From the NCBI RefSeq assembly GCF_004010195.1, contig NC_057755.1, positions 5,873,474 to 5,937,473 of the forward strand: a stretch of 64,000 nucleotides of DNA, in the 5' to 3' direction. The notes below the pieces were generated by a model, which was given only the letters and a program-made list of their open reading frames with translations, did no database searches and was not told the DNA's origin. Positions within the stretch are counted from its first letter, which is position 1. Each line of letters opens with the position of its first letter. This DNA is from Chiloscyllium plagiosum. Its lineage: Eukaryota. The translations under genes and the position numbers were made by a program. Positions 25,417 to 37,579 of this stretch are shown here, one piece after another.

Positions 25417-27213
25417 TTTAGCAAGCAGAATAGCGGTAAATCTCAAAGCATTTTATTCTTATATAAGAAACAAGTGGGTAACTAGAGAAAGGTTTGGTCA
25501 ACTAAAAGATAATGAAGGAAGACTGTGCGCTGAGCCTGAGAGAATGGGTGAGATTCTGAATGATTTCTTTGCATCAGTGTTCACTGAGGAGAGGAACATG
25601 ATGAATCTAGAGATTAGAGAGAGCAGTATGATTAGTCTGGATCACGTTGGCAGAAATAGGGAAGATGTGTTGGGTATGTCAGAGGCTATTAAGGTGGAAA
25701 AATCCCACGGACCGGGTGGTATCTATCCCAGGTTGCTGAGGGAGGCGATAGAGGAAATAGCTGGTGCCCTGACAGATATCTTTGTGGAATCCTGAAATAT
25801 AGGTGAGGTACTGGACGACTGGACGGTTGCTTATGTTGACCCCTGTACAAGAAGGGTAGTAGGGATATTCTGGGCAACTACAGACCAGTGAGCCTGACGT
25901 CGCTGGTGGGAAAGTTGCTGGAGAGATAGGATCTATTTGTATTTAGAAAATAATGAGCTTATCTGTGAAAGGCAACATGATTTTTTTGCGGGGGAGACCG
26001 TGCCTTGACGACTGAATAGAGTTCTTCAAGGAAGTGACAAAGTTGTTAAATGAAGGAAGGGCTGTTAATGTCATATACATGGAATTTAGTAAGGCTTTTG
26101 ATCAGGTTCCCCATTGTAGACTAATGGAGATAGTGAAGTCACATGATGTGCAGAGCTTTCTAACTAAATGGATAAAGAACTGGTTGAACATCAGAAGACA
26201 GAGAGTAGTAGTTGAAGGGAGTTTCTCGAAATGGAGAAAGGTGACCAATGGTGTTACGAAATCGTCAGTGTTGGGGCCACTGTTGTTTGTAATATACATA
26301 AACGATCTAGTAGAGGGCACTGTTGGTATTATCAGCACGTTTAGAGATGACACAAAGATTGGTGGAGTTTCAAAATGTGTAAGGGACCGACAGAGAATAC
26401 AGGAGGAGAAAGATCGACTGGAGATTTGGGCTGAAAAGTGGCAGATGGATTTCAATCCAGACAAATGTGGGGTGATGCATTTAGGCAAGTATAATTCTAG
26501 AGCGAATTATACGATGAATGGAAGAACCTTGGGAAATGTTGATGGGCAGAGAGATCTGGGAGTGCAGGTCCATTGTACCCCGAAGGTTGCTGCACAGGTG
26601 GATAGAATGGTCAAGAATTAATATGGTATGCAAGCCTTCATTGGTAGGGTTTTGAGTATAAGAGCTGGCAAGTCATGTCAAAATTGTTCAAAACATTGGT
26701 TTAGCCGCTTTTAGAGTACTGTGTACAGTTCTGGTCGCCACGTTACCAAATTGGTTTGGACGCTTTGGAGAGAGGGCAGAGAAGATTTACAAGGAGGTTG
26801 CCTGGTATGGAAGGTGCTAGCTATGAAGAGAGTTTGAGTCGGTGAGGTTTATTTTCACGAGAAAAACGGAGGTTGAGGGGGGACCTGCTTGAGGTTTACA
26901 AAATCATGAAGGGTACAGACAGAGTGGATAGAGACAATCTTTTTTTCCCCAGGGTGAAGTGTTCTGTAATGAGAGGTCATCTTTTCAAGGTGCAAGTTGG
27001 AAAGTTTAAGGGGGATGCATGCGGCAAGAACTTCAGACAGCGGGTGGTGGGCGTTTGGAGCAATTTGGCCAGCAGAGGTGATAGAGGCAGGCACGGTAGG
27101 TTGATTTAAGTTGCGTCTGGATATATGCATGAGTAGGTGGGGAGCAGAGGGATAGAAATGCTTGGCAATTCACCCACAGGTTTAGTCAGTATATTTGGAT
27201 TGGCTCAGGCTTG
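25417..27213 (+). mobile_element. CR1 LINE, truncated at both ends, decayed
   Basis: KAFYSYIRNK, YMEFSKAFDQVPH, SVLGPLLFVIYINDL, FRDDTKIGG, WQMDFNPDKC. Confidence 0.93.
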
Positions 27214-27815
27214 GAAGTAAAACTTTGATGGATATGGAATGCTCCTTTAGGGCCTTGGATGAAGATGAGAGAGGAGGTGTGGGCGCAGGTTTTGCAGTTC
27301 CTGCGGTGGCAGGGGAACGTGCCAGGATGGGACGATGGGTTGTAGGGGGGCGTGGACCTGACCAGGTAGTCACGGAGGGAACGGTCTTTCCGGAAGGTGA
27401 AAAGGGGTGGGAGGGAAATATATCCCTGTGGTGGGGTCTTATTGGAGGTGGCAGAAATGTCGGCGGATGATTTGGCTTATGCGAAGGTTGGTAGGGTGGA
27501 AGGTGAGCACCAGGGGCATTCTTTCCTTGTTACGATTGGAGGTTTGGGGTCTGAGGGTGGAGATGCGGGATGTGGACGAGATGCGTTGGAGGCCATCTTT
27601 AACCACGTGGGAAGGGAAATTGCAGTCTCTAAAGAAGGAGGCCATCTGGTGTCTTCTGTGGTTGAACTGGTCCTCCTGGGAGCAGATACGGCGGTGGTGG
27701 AGGAATTGGGAATACGGGATCGCACTTTTGCAAGAGGTAGGGTGGGAAGGGGTGTAATCCAGGTAGCTGTGGGAGTCGTGGGTTTGTTAAAAATGTCAGT
27801 GTAAGTCGGTCGTCC
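27214..27815 (-). mobile_element. Penelope-like element family B fragment
   Basis: MASFFRDCNFPSHVV...RMPLVLTFHPTNLRISQIIRRHF, the linker between RT and GIY-YIG. Confidence 0.85.
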
Positions 27816-27844
27816 TCCACCGCATCACTTCCACTTCCCGATCC

Positions 27845-28614
27845 TCCGCCCTTGAGCCCCGCTCCCCCCAACCGCCACCAGGACAGAACACCACTGGTCC
27901 TCACCTACCACCCCACCAACCTCCATGTACACTGTATCATCCGCCGTCATTTCCGCCACCTCCAAACGGACCCCACCACCAGGGATATTTTTCCCTCCCC
28001 TCCCCTATCAGCGTTCCGAAAAGACCACTCCCTCCGTGACTCCCTCGTCAGGTCCACACCCCACACCAACCCAACCTCTACTCCCGGCACCTTCCCCTGC
28101 AACCACAAGAAATGCAAAACTTGCGCCCACACTTCCCCNNNNNNNNNNNNNNNNNNNNNNNNNNNNNNNNNNNNNNNNNNNNNNNNNNNNNNNNNNNNNN
28201 NNNNNNNNNNNNNNNNNNNNNNNNNNNNNNNNNNNNNNNNNNNNNNNNNNNNNNNNNNNNNNNNNNNNNNNNNNNNNNNNNNNNNNNNNNNNNNNNNNNN
28301 NNNNNNNNNNNNNNNNNNNNNNNNNNNNNNNNNNNNGCAATCTTCTTCCTAACCTCTCCGCCCCCACCCCACTCTGGCCTATCACCCTCACCTTAACCTC
28401 CCTCCACCTATCGCATTTCCAAAGCCCCTCCCCCAAGTCCGTCCTCCCTCCCTTTTATCTTAGACTGCTGGACACACTTTCTTCATTCCTGAAGAAGGGC
28501 ATATGCCCGAAACGTCGATTCTCCTGTTCATTGGATGCTGCCTGACCTGCTGCGCTTTTCCAGCAACACATTTTCAGCTCTGATCTCCAGCATCTGCAGC
28601 CCTCACTTTCTCCT
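27845..28614 (+). mobile_element. Penelope-like element family B 3' part with terminal repeat (gap inside)
   Basis: RTPLVLTYHPTNL...AFRKDHSLRDSLVRS...PGTFPCNHKKCKTC; ends in the gatgctgcctgacctgctg...ccagcatctgcag terminal repeat. Confidence 0.88.
28487..28518 (+). ncRNA. minimal type-I hammerhead ribozyme motif in a Penelope terminal repeat
   Basis: CUGAAGA (28489-28495), extra A, stem II GGGCA-UA-UGCCC, GAAA (28509-28512), C, GUC cleavage triplet (28514-28516); stem I is only about 2 bp. Confidence 0.65.
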
Positions 28615-30191
28615 TTAAAATGAAAAAGAACATGTTGAAGCTATACTCTCCACAACGGTGTTGCTAACTCTGTTATAGATTCAACGATACAACACATTGA
28701 AGTTCTCATGTCCTTCACTGAATTAGACTATTTACGTTTTACACTCTGATTTTTTAATTAACTTTTGCAGGGCCTTGTCAGTTTTCTCTTAAGCAAATCT
28801 GCCACAGGCAACTGTGAATAATTGGTTCAATTAATAGAGCCATTATTCACAGTATCACAAAATTGCCACAATTTGGAATGACGGCATTAGGTCAATCGTA
28901 CTCTTTTATTGATCATTATCATCTAATAAAGACAATGACAACACAACACTACGAGGAGAGTCTTCAACAATCCACAATGACTACCAGTGAGTCAAGTGCA
29001 ATAAGAGTGAAGAAGAAAATTAAACTCAACTGAAAGAAAAGAAAACTGGTGTGATTTCTATGTTTACATTCTGTATTCATTAGCTTTATTTCAAACAGAT
29101 ATTTGTATGTAGATACATGATCACTAAGTCATTATGTTCTGTACTGCAGCGTATCAAGAAACGAAAAAGAATTGGACCTTGACATCATCCAACAAAACAA
29201 CCCAAAGGCATTTCTTACATTTCATACTTATGCAAAATGATGTTGGCACAATTATATTTACATTCTGTATTAACTGTATTTCGTAATGGGTTGTAAAGTG
29301 ACATATTCTTATAATTTCATGCATTTGTCAATGGCGACATTTGATAATGGCAACCTTGTCTGAAAATTATATAAATTATCACAACTCGTTTAATTGACAT
29401 TTTCAAGACGTCGCTTCAATATTCATTCTTTGCGTTAAGAGCATATGTCTTTAACTGATTGGCATCTATTTTCCAACCAAATGCTGGCAGGGCAGAGTCA
29501 TGTTCAATCAGGGCAATGCAACGTGGAATTAATATGCCAGTCAGCCAAATTATGTTTTCTTGTTGCAGTGTTGTTGCCTGGTGGAAAGGATTGACAGATA
29601 GACGAGTATCAGAACAGAGGGAGGAGATTGCAATAAATGTGAAGGGATGCTTTCCATGCATCTATTATATCAGATCTGGGTAATATACAGGCAAAGTGTG
29701 CAGTAGAAAGCGTTATGGATGTGTGATTTATTCGTTATAGCTCGTTCCATTAGATGATGGCTAACTTGTCTCACTGAAATCATAGGATTTGAAAGTGCTC
29801 AAGGACAATGAATGAAAATAAACCAATGAAGAGACAGTGAACCGTGTCAAGATAAATGCACTTAAAATTATTTATACTTAAATCACTCACGAACATTTCT
29901 ATAATTTGCGACTTTTCTTCTCCATTTATTATTGATACATTTCTTTGAATCCCATCTGAAAAGGTGAAAGCTGAACTTATGCTGGAATAAATATTTCCAA
30001 TGTTTCTCATCGTGACCAGTACCAGATGCTATCAATTTCCTTCCAACTCAGTAATTTGTATTCGCAAAATTGTCACAAAATTGGCCTTGGTTTACTGCAT
30101 CTCATAAGATGAACGAGCAAATATCTAGCACTTACGGACCAGAAACACTGTAATACAATCTAGTGCACTCTCAGATGAACAAGATTTCCAT

Positions 30192-31069
30192 TCAATGTAT
30201 AAATGAGGAAACCAGATATTTCAAATCCCACTTCATTTTCGCTCTGAACGTAGACTGAGTTGCTGCATGAATAAATGTGTTTGTGCAGCAAATTAAATTC
30301 TGTAACATGATTCCTAAATCTTGAAATATAATTTCCGACTCTGTGTCACATGTCCCGCCAATGGTACAATGAAAGAAATGTGCAACAATCATCAACCACA
30401 GAAGGATAAAACTAGCAGCTATGGTGAAAAGCAAAATGACAGGCTTCCTCCTGCTTTCCATCTCTGCGTCACTGTGTGTCGCGCTATGGCTGTGGGCTTT
30501 CAGATCCGTACAGACTCGGCTCAATGCTGAAATGTGCTTTGCATTCAGAATATTGACCAGCAGAATTCGTGGGAATGAGAGCAGTGGGCTTAAAGCCTGA
30601 TGTATGCTGTCATAACCTACCCATTCAGGATCAGATAAAGCCTCGTTTTAATGTTACAAAACCATCATACATGATAAACTGTTGTCCAAGAGTCATAACA
30701 AAAATAGATGGGAATGTTTTTTGATACAGAGCAGAATGAAGGTTTTTGATAGCACCACAGCTGCAATATTCTTTGTGCAAAATAGTGCTCATAGTTCACG
30801 GCAAATAACAGCTACAAATCGATCAAAAGTGATGGTGAACCAGACAAAACAGTCTGTGACTGCATATCACAAGGCACATTGGAGAGTACACACAGGAGGG
30901 ACTTTGAGTAAGGACACTGGGGCTTCATGAAAATACATAACCTCTGTCACTATGACATGAAATGTCATGGCCAGGTGATCTGCCAATGCCAGAGCTATAA
31001 GTTGGCGAGTGTTGCACTTCAAAATGGCACATTGTCCACGGGAGAGAATCCCAACCTCCTGCATATTAC
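30192..31069 (-). pseudogene. GPCR copy 4: GPR139-like exon 2, multiply disrupted; exon 1 not found
   Basis: Acceptor tcttccttgtttcacagacag (cag at 31072-31070), then NMQEVGILSRGQCAILKCNTRQLIALALADHL...PPVCTLQCAL*YAVTDCFVWFTITFDRFVAVIC...SDAEMESRRKPVILLFTIAASFILLWL...LICCTNTFIHAATQSTFR. Confidence 0.88.
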
Positions 31070-34000
31070 CTGTCTGTGAAACAAGGAAGATATTTTGGAA
31101 TGGACTCAGCAAACTATTTCTATCTCCGATGCAGTCTGTACGAATGGATGGAGTAGGAAATAACGGACAGGAGAGGCAATGGTAGCCAATTTTTCAAACA
31201 AACTTGAAACTTTCTGTTAGCCTGATTCCATGATAGCACCAGTGTGACACCATGAAATTATGACTACTCTTTTGACAACGGGTTTACTTAATTTACTGTT
31301 GGACGAAATGAATGCAATTTCTGAGTTAGATTTCTGCTTCATTGCGGAACAAGCTTGGGCAGTTTTCTGCAAATTGCATAATTAGGCCATGAAAAACTTA
31401 TTGGAAAGATTGGATCAGGTGAAATACACACGATCGGTGCAAGTTCAAGCTTTCTATGTTGGTAGAATGTCTTTGTATTATTCATTATCATCCACCATTA
31501 TTGATGTCTTGTGCATGTAAATGAAATGAAAGGGCTGTCACGATTTATACATTATCGAAAGCCGTGAATTTACATGAAAATCCGCTGTTTATTTTAAATA
31601 ATGGCACAAGAAAATACAAATGAATCAGAAGATGCAGCACAATAAAATAAAAATGCTGTCTGAAATGTAAACTATTTTACAATTGAACCATCTTAAATAA
31701 TTCCAGTGAGAAGCTTATTAAAATTGTACATTGTTGGATAGTCACATTAATAGAACAGCTCTGCAAAAAATATTCCATTCCCAACAGAAAAACTGACTTT
31801 GCACAAATCAACAGAAATAGACATTTTAAATAATGCCTTCCTCCGAAAGTCTACGTTAGCTGATGTTCATTTCAGCACTGCACAACATTACATGTCCGAA
31901 GAAGTGCATTTAAATTGCAGAAACAAATAAACTCAATTGAAACAACAGCTGGCTGCATGATGTAAGGCCTGTGCAGTTGTGATCAGCATGTATATTATCT
32001 GGCATAGTGTTAAATCTGCAAATCTGTGACTATTATTCTGACTTAACAAGCAGATCAACTGCAGGAAGGCTCCTGCAGAACGTTCTCGTAAGGTCGTACA
32101 TTTGAAAAGCCACTTCCACAGTCATGCGTGTTCCTTTGTGCTGAAGTTAATCCCTTTGTTTCTCCGTCTGTAGTGAACAAGAATCCCATGGCCATTGAGT
32201 TATACGTTCTGACTCTTTACTGGCGATTGTAAGCCGCAGGACGCTGACTCTGACTAAGTTTGAAAGATTAATTCGCGTTTTCTTTGCAGGTGAGATAGGT
32301 CATGTGAACATTTCCAAATAAAACGAAATGAACAAATGATGACATTGTGTTGGATTCCCTTCCTTTGAGGGGCGACATTAGAACTGACACACAAGTGCAC
32401 GACTCTGACAAAGATAAAAAGAATGAAATTTCAGAACAACACTGTTGTCTACTCGAGCATCTCAGTTAATGCATTTCTTATTGTTTCTGCTGTGCCCTTC
32501 CCTGACATCTAATTAATACATTTTAATCGGAAATGTGGTCTACTTGAACTATTTGTTATAGAAAATAAACTTAACATTGCTCTATTTCCCTCGAAGTGCT
32601 GCTTCATTATAGATCCAACATGAAGATCAAAGTGGCATGAATTCAAATTTGTTCAGTTGTGAAATTGGTGGAAAAATGTTGATTACATGCGCCATCAATT
32701 CTTTGAACATCTTTACATGTTTCCAAAGCTCTGGTCAATTGGTGCACTATTGTCCCATTTCTCCATCTCCTTCAGGATGTGTTTCATCAGGAATCAGTAC
32801 AGGCGGTAAGTTATAGGAATGAGTAACTCATTACAATGTTGCTAACTATGAATTAGAATTTTACAAAACACAGCCTGTGAACACTTCTGAACGTTTTTCA
32901 TCGTGTGTTTATGAGCAAAGTCTGCACTTTCTGCAAAATATGTAATGACTATCAATCAAACACTTTGTAGTTAACACTCCTGCAAAAAGCTAGTCATTAT
33001 ACAAACGATTAATGCAAGGTTTAGCTGAAGAACTACAGCTAAGCTACAACCAGATCTCACCTTTATTAATAATGCCAAATAAATTTTCCACAAATATTTC
33101 AGCAAAAACAGTTCGAACATCTGTTGAGCTTTCAGACGCTAGGGAAAAAACGTATTACTCTATGTATAGAATCGTTGGTTGTGGAACACACATAATTGAT
33201 GAATGTTGATTTACTAAGAACGCAATAACTCTATGTTTTAAATTACATTTACAAAGTGAGAATTCTGGTATGGATTCCTTCATGTTCCATAACAGGTCAG
33301 GAATGTATTTCAGATGCTAAAATGGTAATAGTGAACTGTTTTAGCGAGCATGTTGGAACAGAGGACTGCGATCAGTTTCAGTTTCTTCAACGGAGGTGCT
33401 ACACTGGAATACACTTCTAGTATTTGTGCACAAACTAAATATTACACCGACTGTGGAAGCATTATCAGAACGCCAATAGAATAACAAGGAATAATTCATC
33501 CCCACATTATTGATTGGAGGACCATATTTACTGGGTTGAAAAAATATTTTTTTTCAAACACTGAATTATTAAGGTTACATTGGAAAATTAACAAACATGA
33601 CATACCCAAACAGATAAACGATCCTGGAAGTTAGGATAGAATGCAAAGTCAGTCTGTTCAGAAAGGAAATTGCAACGCAGCTACCCCCAAAAATATTTTT
33701 CATTGAAATTGAGTTGTGTTATTTGCCAATGATGCAATTTGAATGTGGGTGGCTTAGCAGGTTATTCGAATTTATAACCTTGTAATAATACTACTAACTC
33801 CACTTAAGATTTGTGCTGTAATATTTGAGCAGGAAATTCACAAACATTTGATTAGTAGTTTATCTTTTATTTTATATTTCACTTGCAAAGTACATTACTT
33901 GATATGCCAAAAGAAGTCACTGTCCGAAGTCAGTCGGACAACAAATTTCATATTTTGATTGTGCTCCTTTTGCTTGATGAAATACTTTCTAGGTTGATAC

Positions 34001-37000
34001 TGAAGGCATTGCTTTGCTACAGGTCGGATATTGGAGAGACAACAACCTTAGCGACAGACCCATGGGGCTTACCTGTGACTGGAAATGGAGGTGCTGCCAA
34101 ACATTTTTCATGAGATGCATTTGGTGCTAAAGGGATGAAAGCGTAAGAAGGAAGCGTCGAGCAGATTATTGGCTTGCATGGTCAGCCATGTTCCAACTGA
34201 ATGATTGTGAAGCGTCGATGGGCCGAGAGGGGTACACCTGCTTTTATTTACTGTTTTGCTCTGCAAATCAGAAAACTGACAGAAATGGTAATAATCATTT
34301 TGGATTTCAATGAATGAAAATCGTAGTGACTAAGAATCCAGAGAATGGTTTCAACATTTTACATTCCTGTCATTCAAGGAAATGTACATTCAGATCTGAC
34401 TTGGTTGAATATCAGTAAATGCACTTGCCTCCGAGATAAAAAAAAGTGTCACTGCAAAATTCGTGGATAATATAAAGTTTACAGTACAAAAAGTGCGGTT
34501 CGATGCTCAAGTGTTAATAATAAAATTAACAATTATTACATTGAGTGACCACATTGTTATAACGAGCATTAAATATCTTTAAATAGCTGTCTGCTATCTA
34601 TCCTGCCTGTTACGTATCTTCAGATCTTGAGATGATTGAGTCTTAATTTCAAACTCCACCTGTCCCTTGCTGGAGTTCAATCCAAACTCTTTTTTTTTCA
34701 AATCTAATACTGTTAACACGAAGACTGGCTCACCTGGTCACAAGGGATTCCTTGTAGCATTTCTAAACATATTCCCATGGACAATAACATTCCCCTCCAT
34801 AATTACATATATAACTATTCAGAATTTAAATGCACCTAAGTTTGCAGACCACTGCAATATTCCTTATACCACCATTTTTCAATTGTCAGAGATATAATAC
34901 ACAAGTGGAAATGACGTTCTAATTTTCAGTTGAACTATAACGTCACCGTGGAGCTGTCAGAGCATCGGTTGTCGTCTCAATGGCGGTGAGTAGCGAGGTT
35001 TTATCCTGAGGGTCACCATGCACCAGGTGAAGTGACTGGTTGAGAAGGTCAGTGCTTTATCATTCCCTCAGTGCAGGAATTGAATCCATGCTGTTCGCAT
35101 TTCTCCAAGTGGACAAGCGAGCTATCAACCGTAAGTATTAACAAATGATCCATATGATCATGAACCTTTTCGACTCGCATCTCAGCATGAATTGCAGTTT
35201 CTTATTTCCAAGACACATTTCATGCTCGATTATCAAATTTGCTATAAAAGTGAAGTCTTTGTGGAAATCATATCAATTTTCATTGAAGGGGATGCAATGA
35301 GCCATAAGCAACAAATCTTCTAAAGAATGACACGACTGCTAATTTTGCAGATAAAGGATATTTCATACACTTCACTCGCAGCCTTTGAATGTGCCAGCGT
35401 TTTGATGTAAGTTCTCTGCACTAGAAATGTTCATTGTATTTCTCTCTCCCCACACAGATGCTGCTAGATCTGCTGACTTTCTCCAGCAATTTCTATTTCC
35501 CTTTGTTCATTGTCTCCAGCGTCGACAGTTCTTCATTTTAATGAATTAATGTATCTGGCTCTCTAATAAGTTGCACTCAATCATTTTGTGAAATATTAGT
35601 GCTGACACTGAGTCCTTAAGATATGTGTCTTGACGAGGTGCGATTTCAGAGAGATTCTTGATAAGTACCAAAGGATGTTTGAAGATGTTAAAATAAAATA
35701 CTTGTGAAGCTATTGTTTTTTATCCTGTTAGAGCTCTAACAATAGAAGCATGCAGAATGGGTGTGGCCAATGTTATGAAGATGTGGGTGTACTCTACCTT
35801 TAAGCAAGTTAATATTTACAAATACTACCAAACAGCACCAATCATTCTCAAAAAAAAAGATTCTGCAGCATTTGGTCAACCAACTTGATTAGTGGTTGCC
35901 TGGAGACAAAAATAAATCCAAATTCAGCATATCAGTTTAAATTAAACAATGAAAATATTTCCAAATTCCAATCAAGTTTGAATTTAGTATATTGACAATC
36001 TTAAAAACCAATTACACAATCCGATGCTGGTGCGGCATATGATTGGTGTAAATTGAACAGTTGAGAGGAGAACCGCCAAGCCCGAAACGTTGCTCTCTTA
36101 AATGAACCTTTTATAGATCAGTAACCTGTGAAGCTGAATCCCCAAGAAGAAGAAACGAAAACAAGAATACTGAGAAGAACTGAAAGCTGCCTGGCTTTGA
36201 GATAAGAAGTTGAGTTTTATAAGTCTTAATCGGAATTTTACTGGACGAGTATTGTAGAGGGGAAATTAAAAGATAGGTTCAGGGAAGAAAGTGCAAATAG
36301 TTGTTAGTTAATTATTCTCTGCTGTATTTAAAGAGATAAAGTTGTTATTTTTTATTTTAAGTCATCTTGGTCTCTCGACTGGCATAACTCTTTTCTGTGT
36401 TGCTGGTTCAAGTTAAGCAGGAGGGTTTCCCATGTGTAATAACAGTTTGGTGCTTCGTCGTCCGGGATTTGAACTTGTTTCGACAGATTGAATAGCTTTG
36501 TCGTTACGAAAAATCCCATGATGTTTAAACACTTTCAGGTTAATGTCCTCGTTCTTCAAAAAATAATGTTGGCTAGACAATTTGTTCACTTTCAGTGACG
36601 TGCGGATGATTCACTACAAGTGAGAGAAATGGCTATTAAAATTGCCAAAGCGATTCCGAGATTTAAAGATGATGCTCAAATTTGCCAAGAAATTTAAGAA
36701 GGAAAGATAACAGCCATTCTTTTAGAATTAGAAAAGAAATCAAATTTGTGTTTAACCAAGGACAAAAGTGAAGTCGAAATTCGAATCGATTTACACAAAG
36801 ACGTAGGTATATCAGAAAAACATACAAGTGAAGTAGAGGTAGAAAAACTTAAATTACAATTGATGAAAATGGTGTTAGAAGATAAACAAAGAGAGAATGG
36901 AAAGAAAGAAAGCAAAAGAGAGAGGAAGAAGGAGAAAGAGACAGAGAAGAGGGGGAGAGAAAAGAGAAAGTGGAAGAGAGAGAAGAAAAGGAACAAAGGA

Positions 37001-37579
37001 AGAAAAGAGAGAGAGAGAAGATTCTTATCTGAGCAACAAGAGAGAACAGAAAGGGAAAGGGAAAGAGAGAGGGAGGAAAACGAAAGAGAGAAAAGCTTTT
37101 TAGCTGCGCAAAAATGTGGCAGAATTTGAACTTGGAAGTTGCAACTTAGTAAGCAAAGTCAAGTTAACAGGATGGAGGCTGAAAAAGAAGCTAGTGATCG
37201 ATACAAATATGTCAAAACGCTGCCAACGTTTTGATGAGAAAAATGTAAATGCCTTCTTTATTTCGATTGAACAATTGACTCGGCAGATGGAGTGGTCTGA
37301 GGATTTATGGACAGTGCTAGTTCAGACTAAACTGTTAGGCAGAGCTAGTGAGGTATTTGCTGAGCTGTCAGATGTTACGAAGAGTTTTAACGGGACATTC
37401 TATGTGCTTACCATCTGGTATCAGATGCAAAGAGACAGCAGGTCAGAAATAAAAAGAAGGAACCAGGTCAGACTTATGTTGAGGTCAAAATAATTAAACA
37501 TTGTCATTTTGGTTGTTGGGTAAGTGCTTTGAAAATATAGGATATTTGAGTTTCTAAGAGAGATTATTCTGCTGGAGGA

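Noticed and set aside
34066..34120. Minus-strand donor (acag/gtaagc) as exon 1 of GPCR copy 4
   Set aside because: The upstream translation does not resemble the YYxxLAxxGxP pattern of the two confirmed first exons.
36447..36474. tRNA-Pro fragment
   Set aside because: It is the primer-binding site directly after an LTR.
36694..37129. Charged E/K/R-rich ORF and its hydrophobic antisense ORF as cellular genes
   Set aside because: Purine-rich coiled-coil part of the LTR element gag; the antisense ORF is a by-product.
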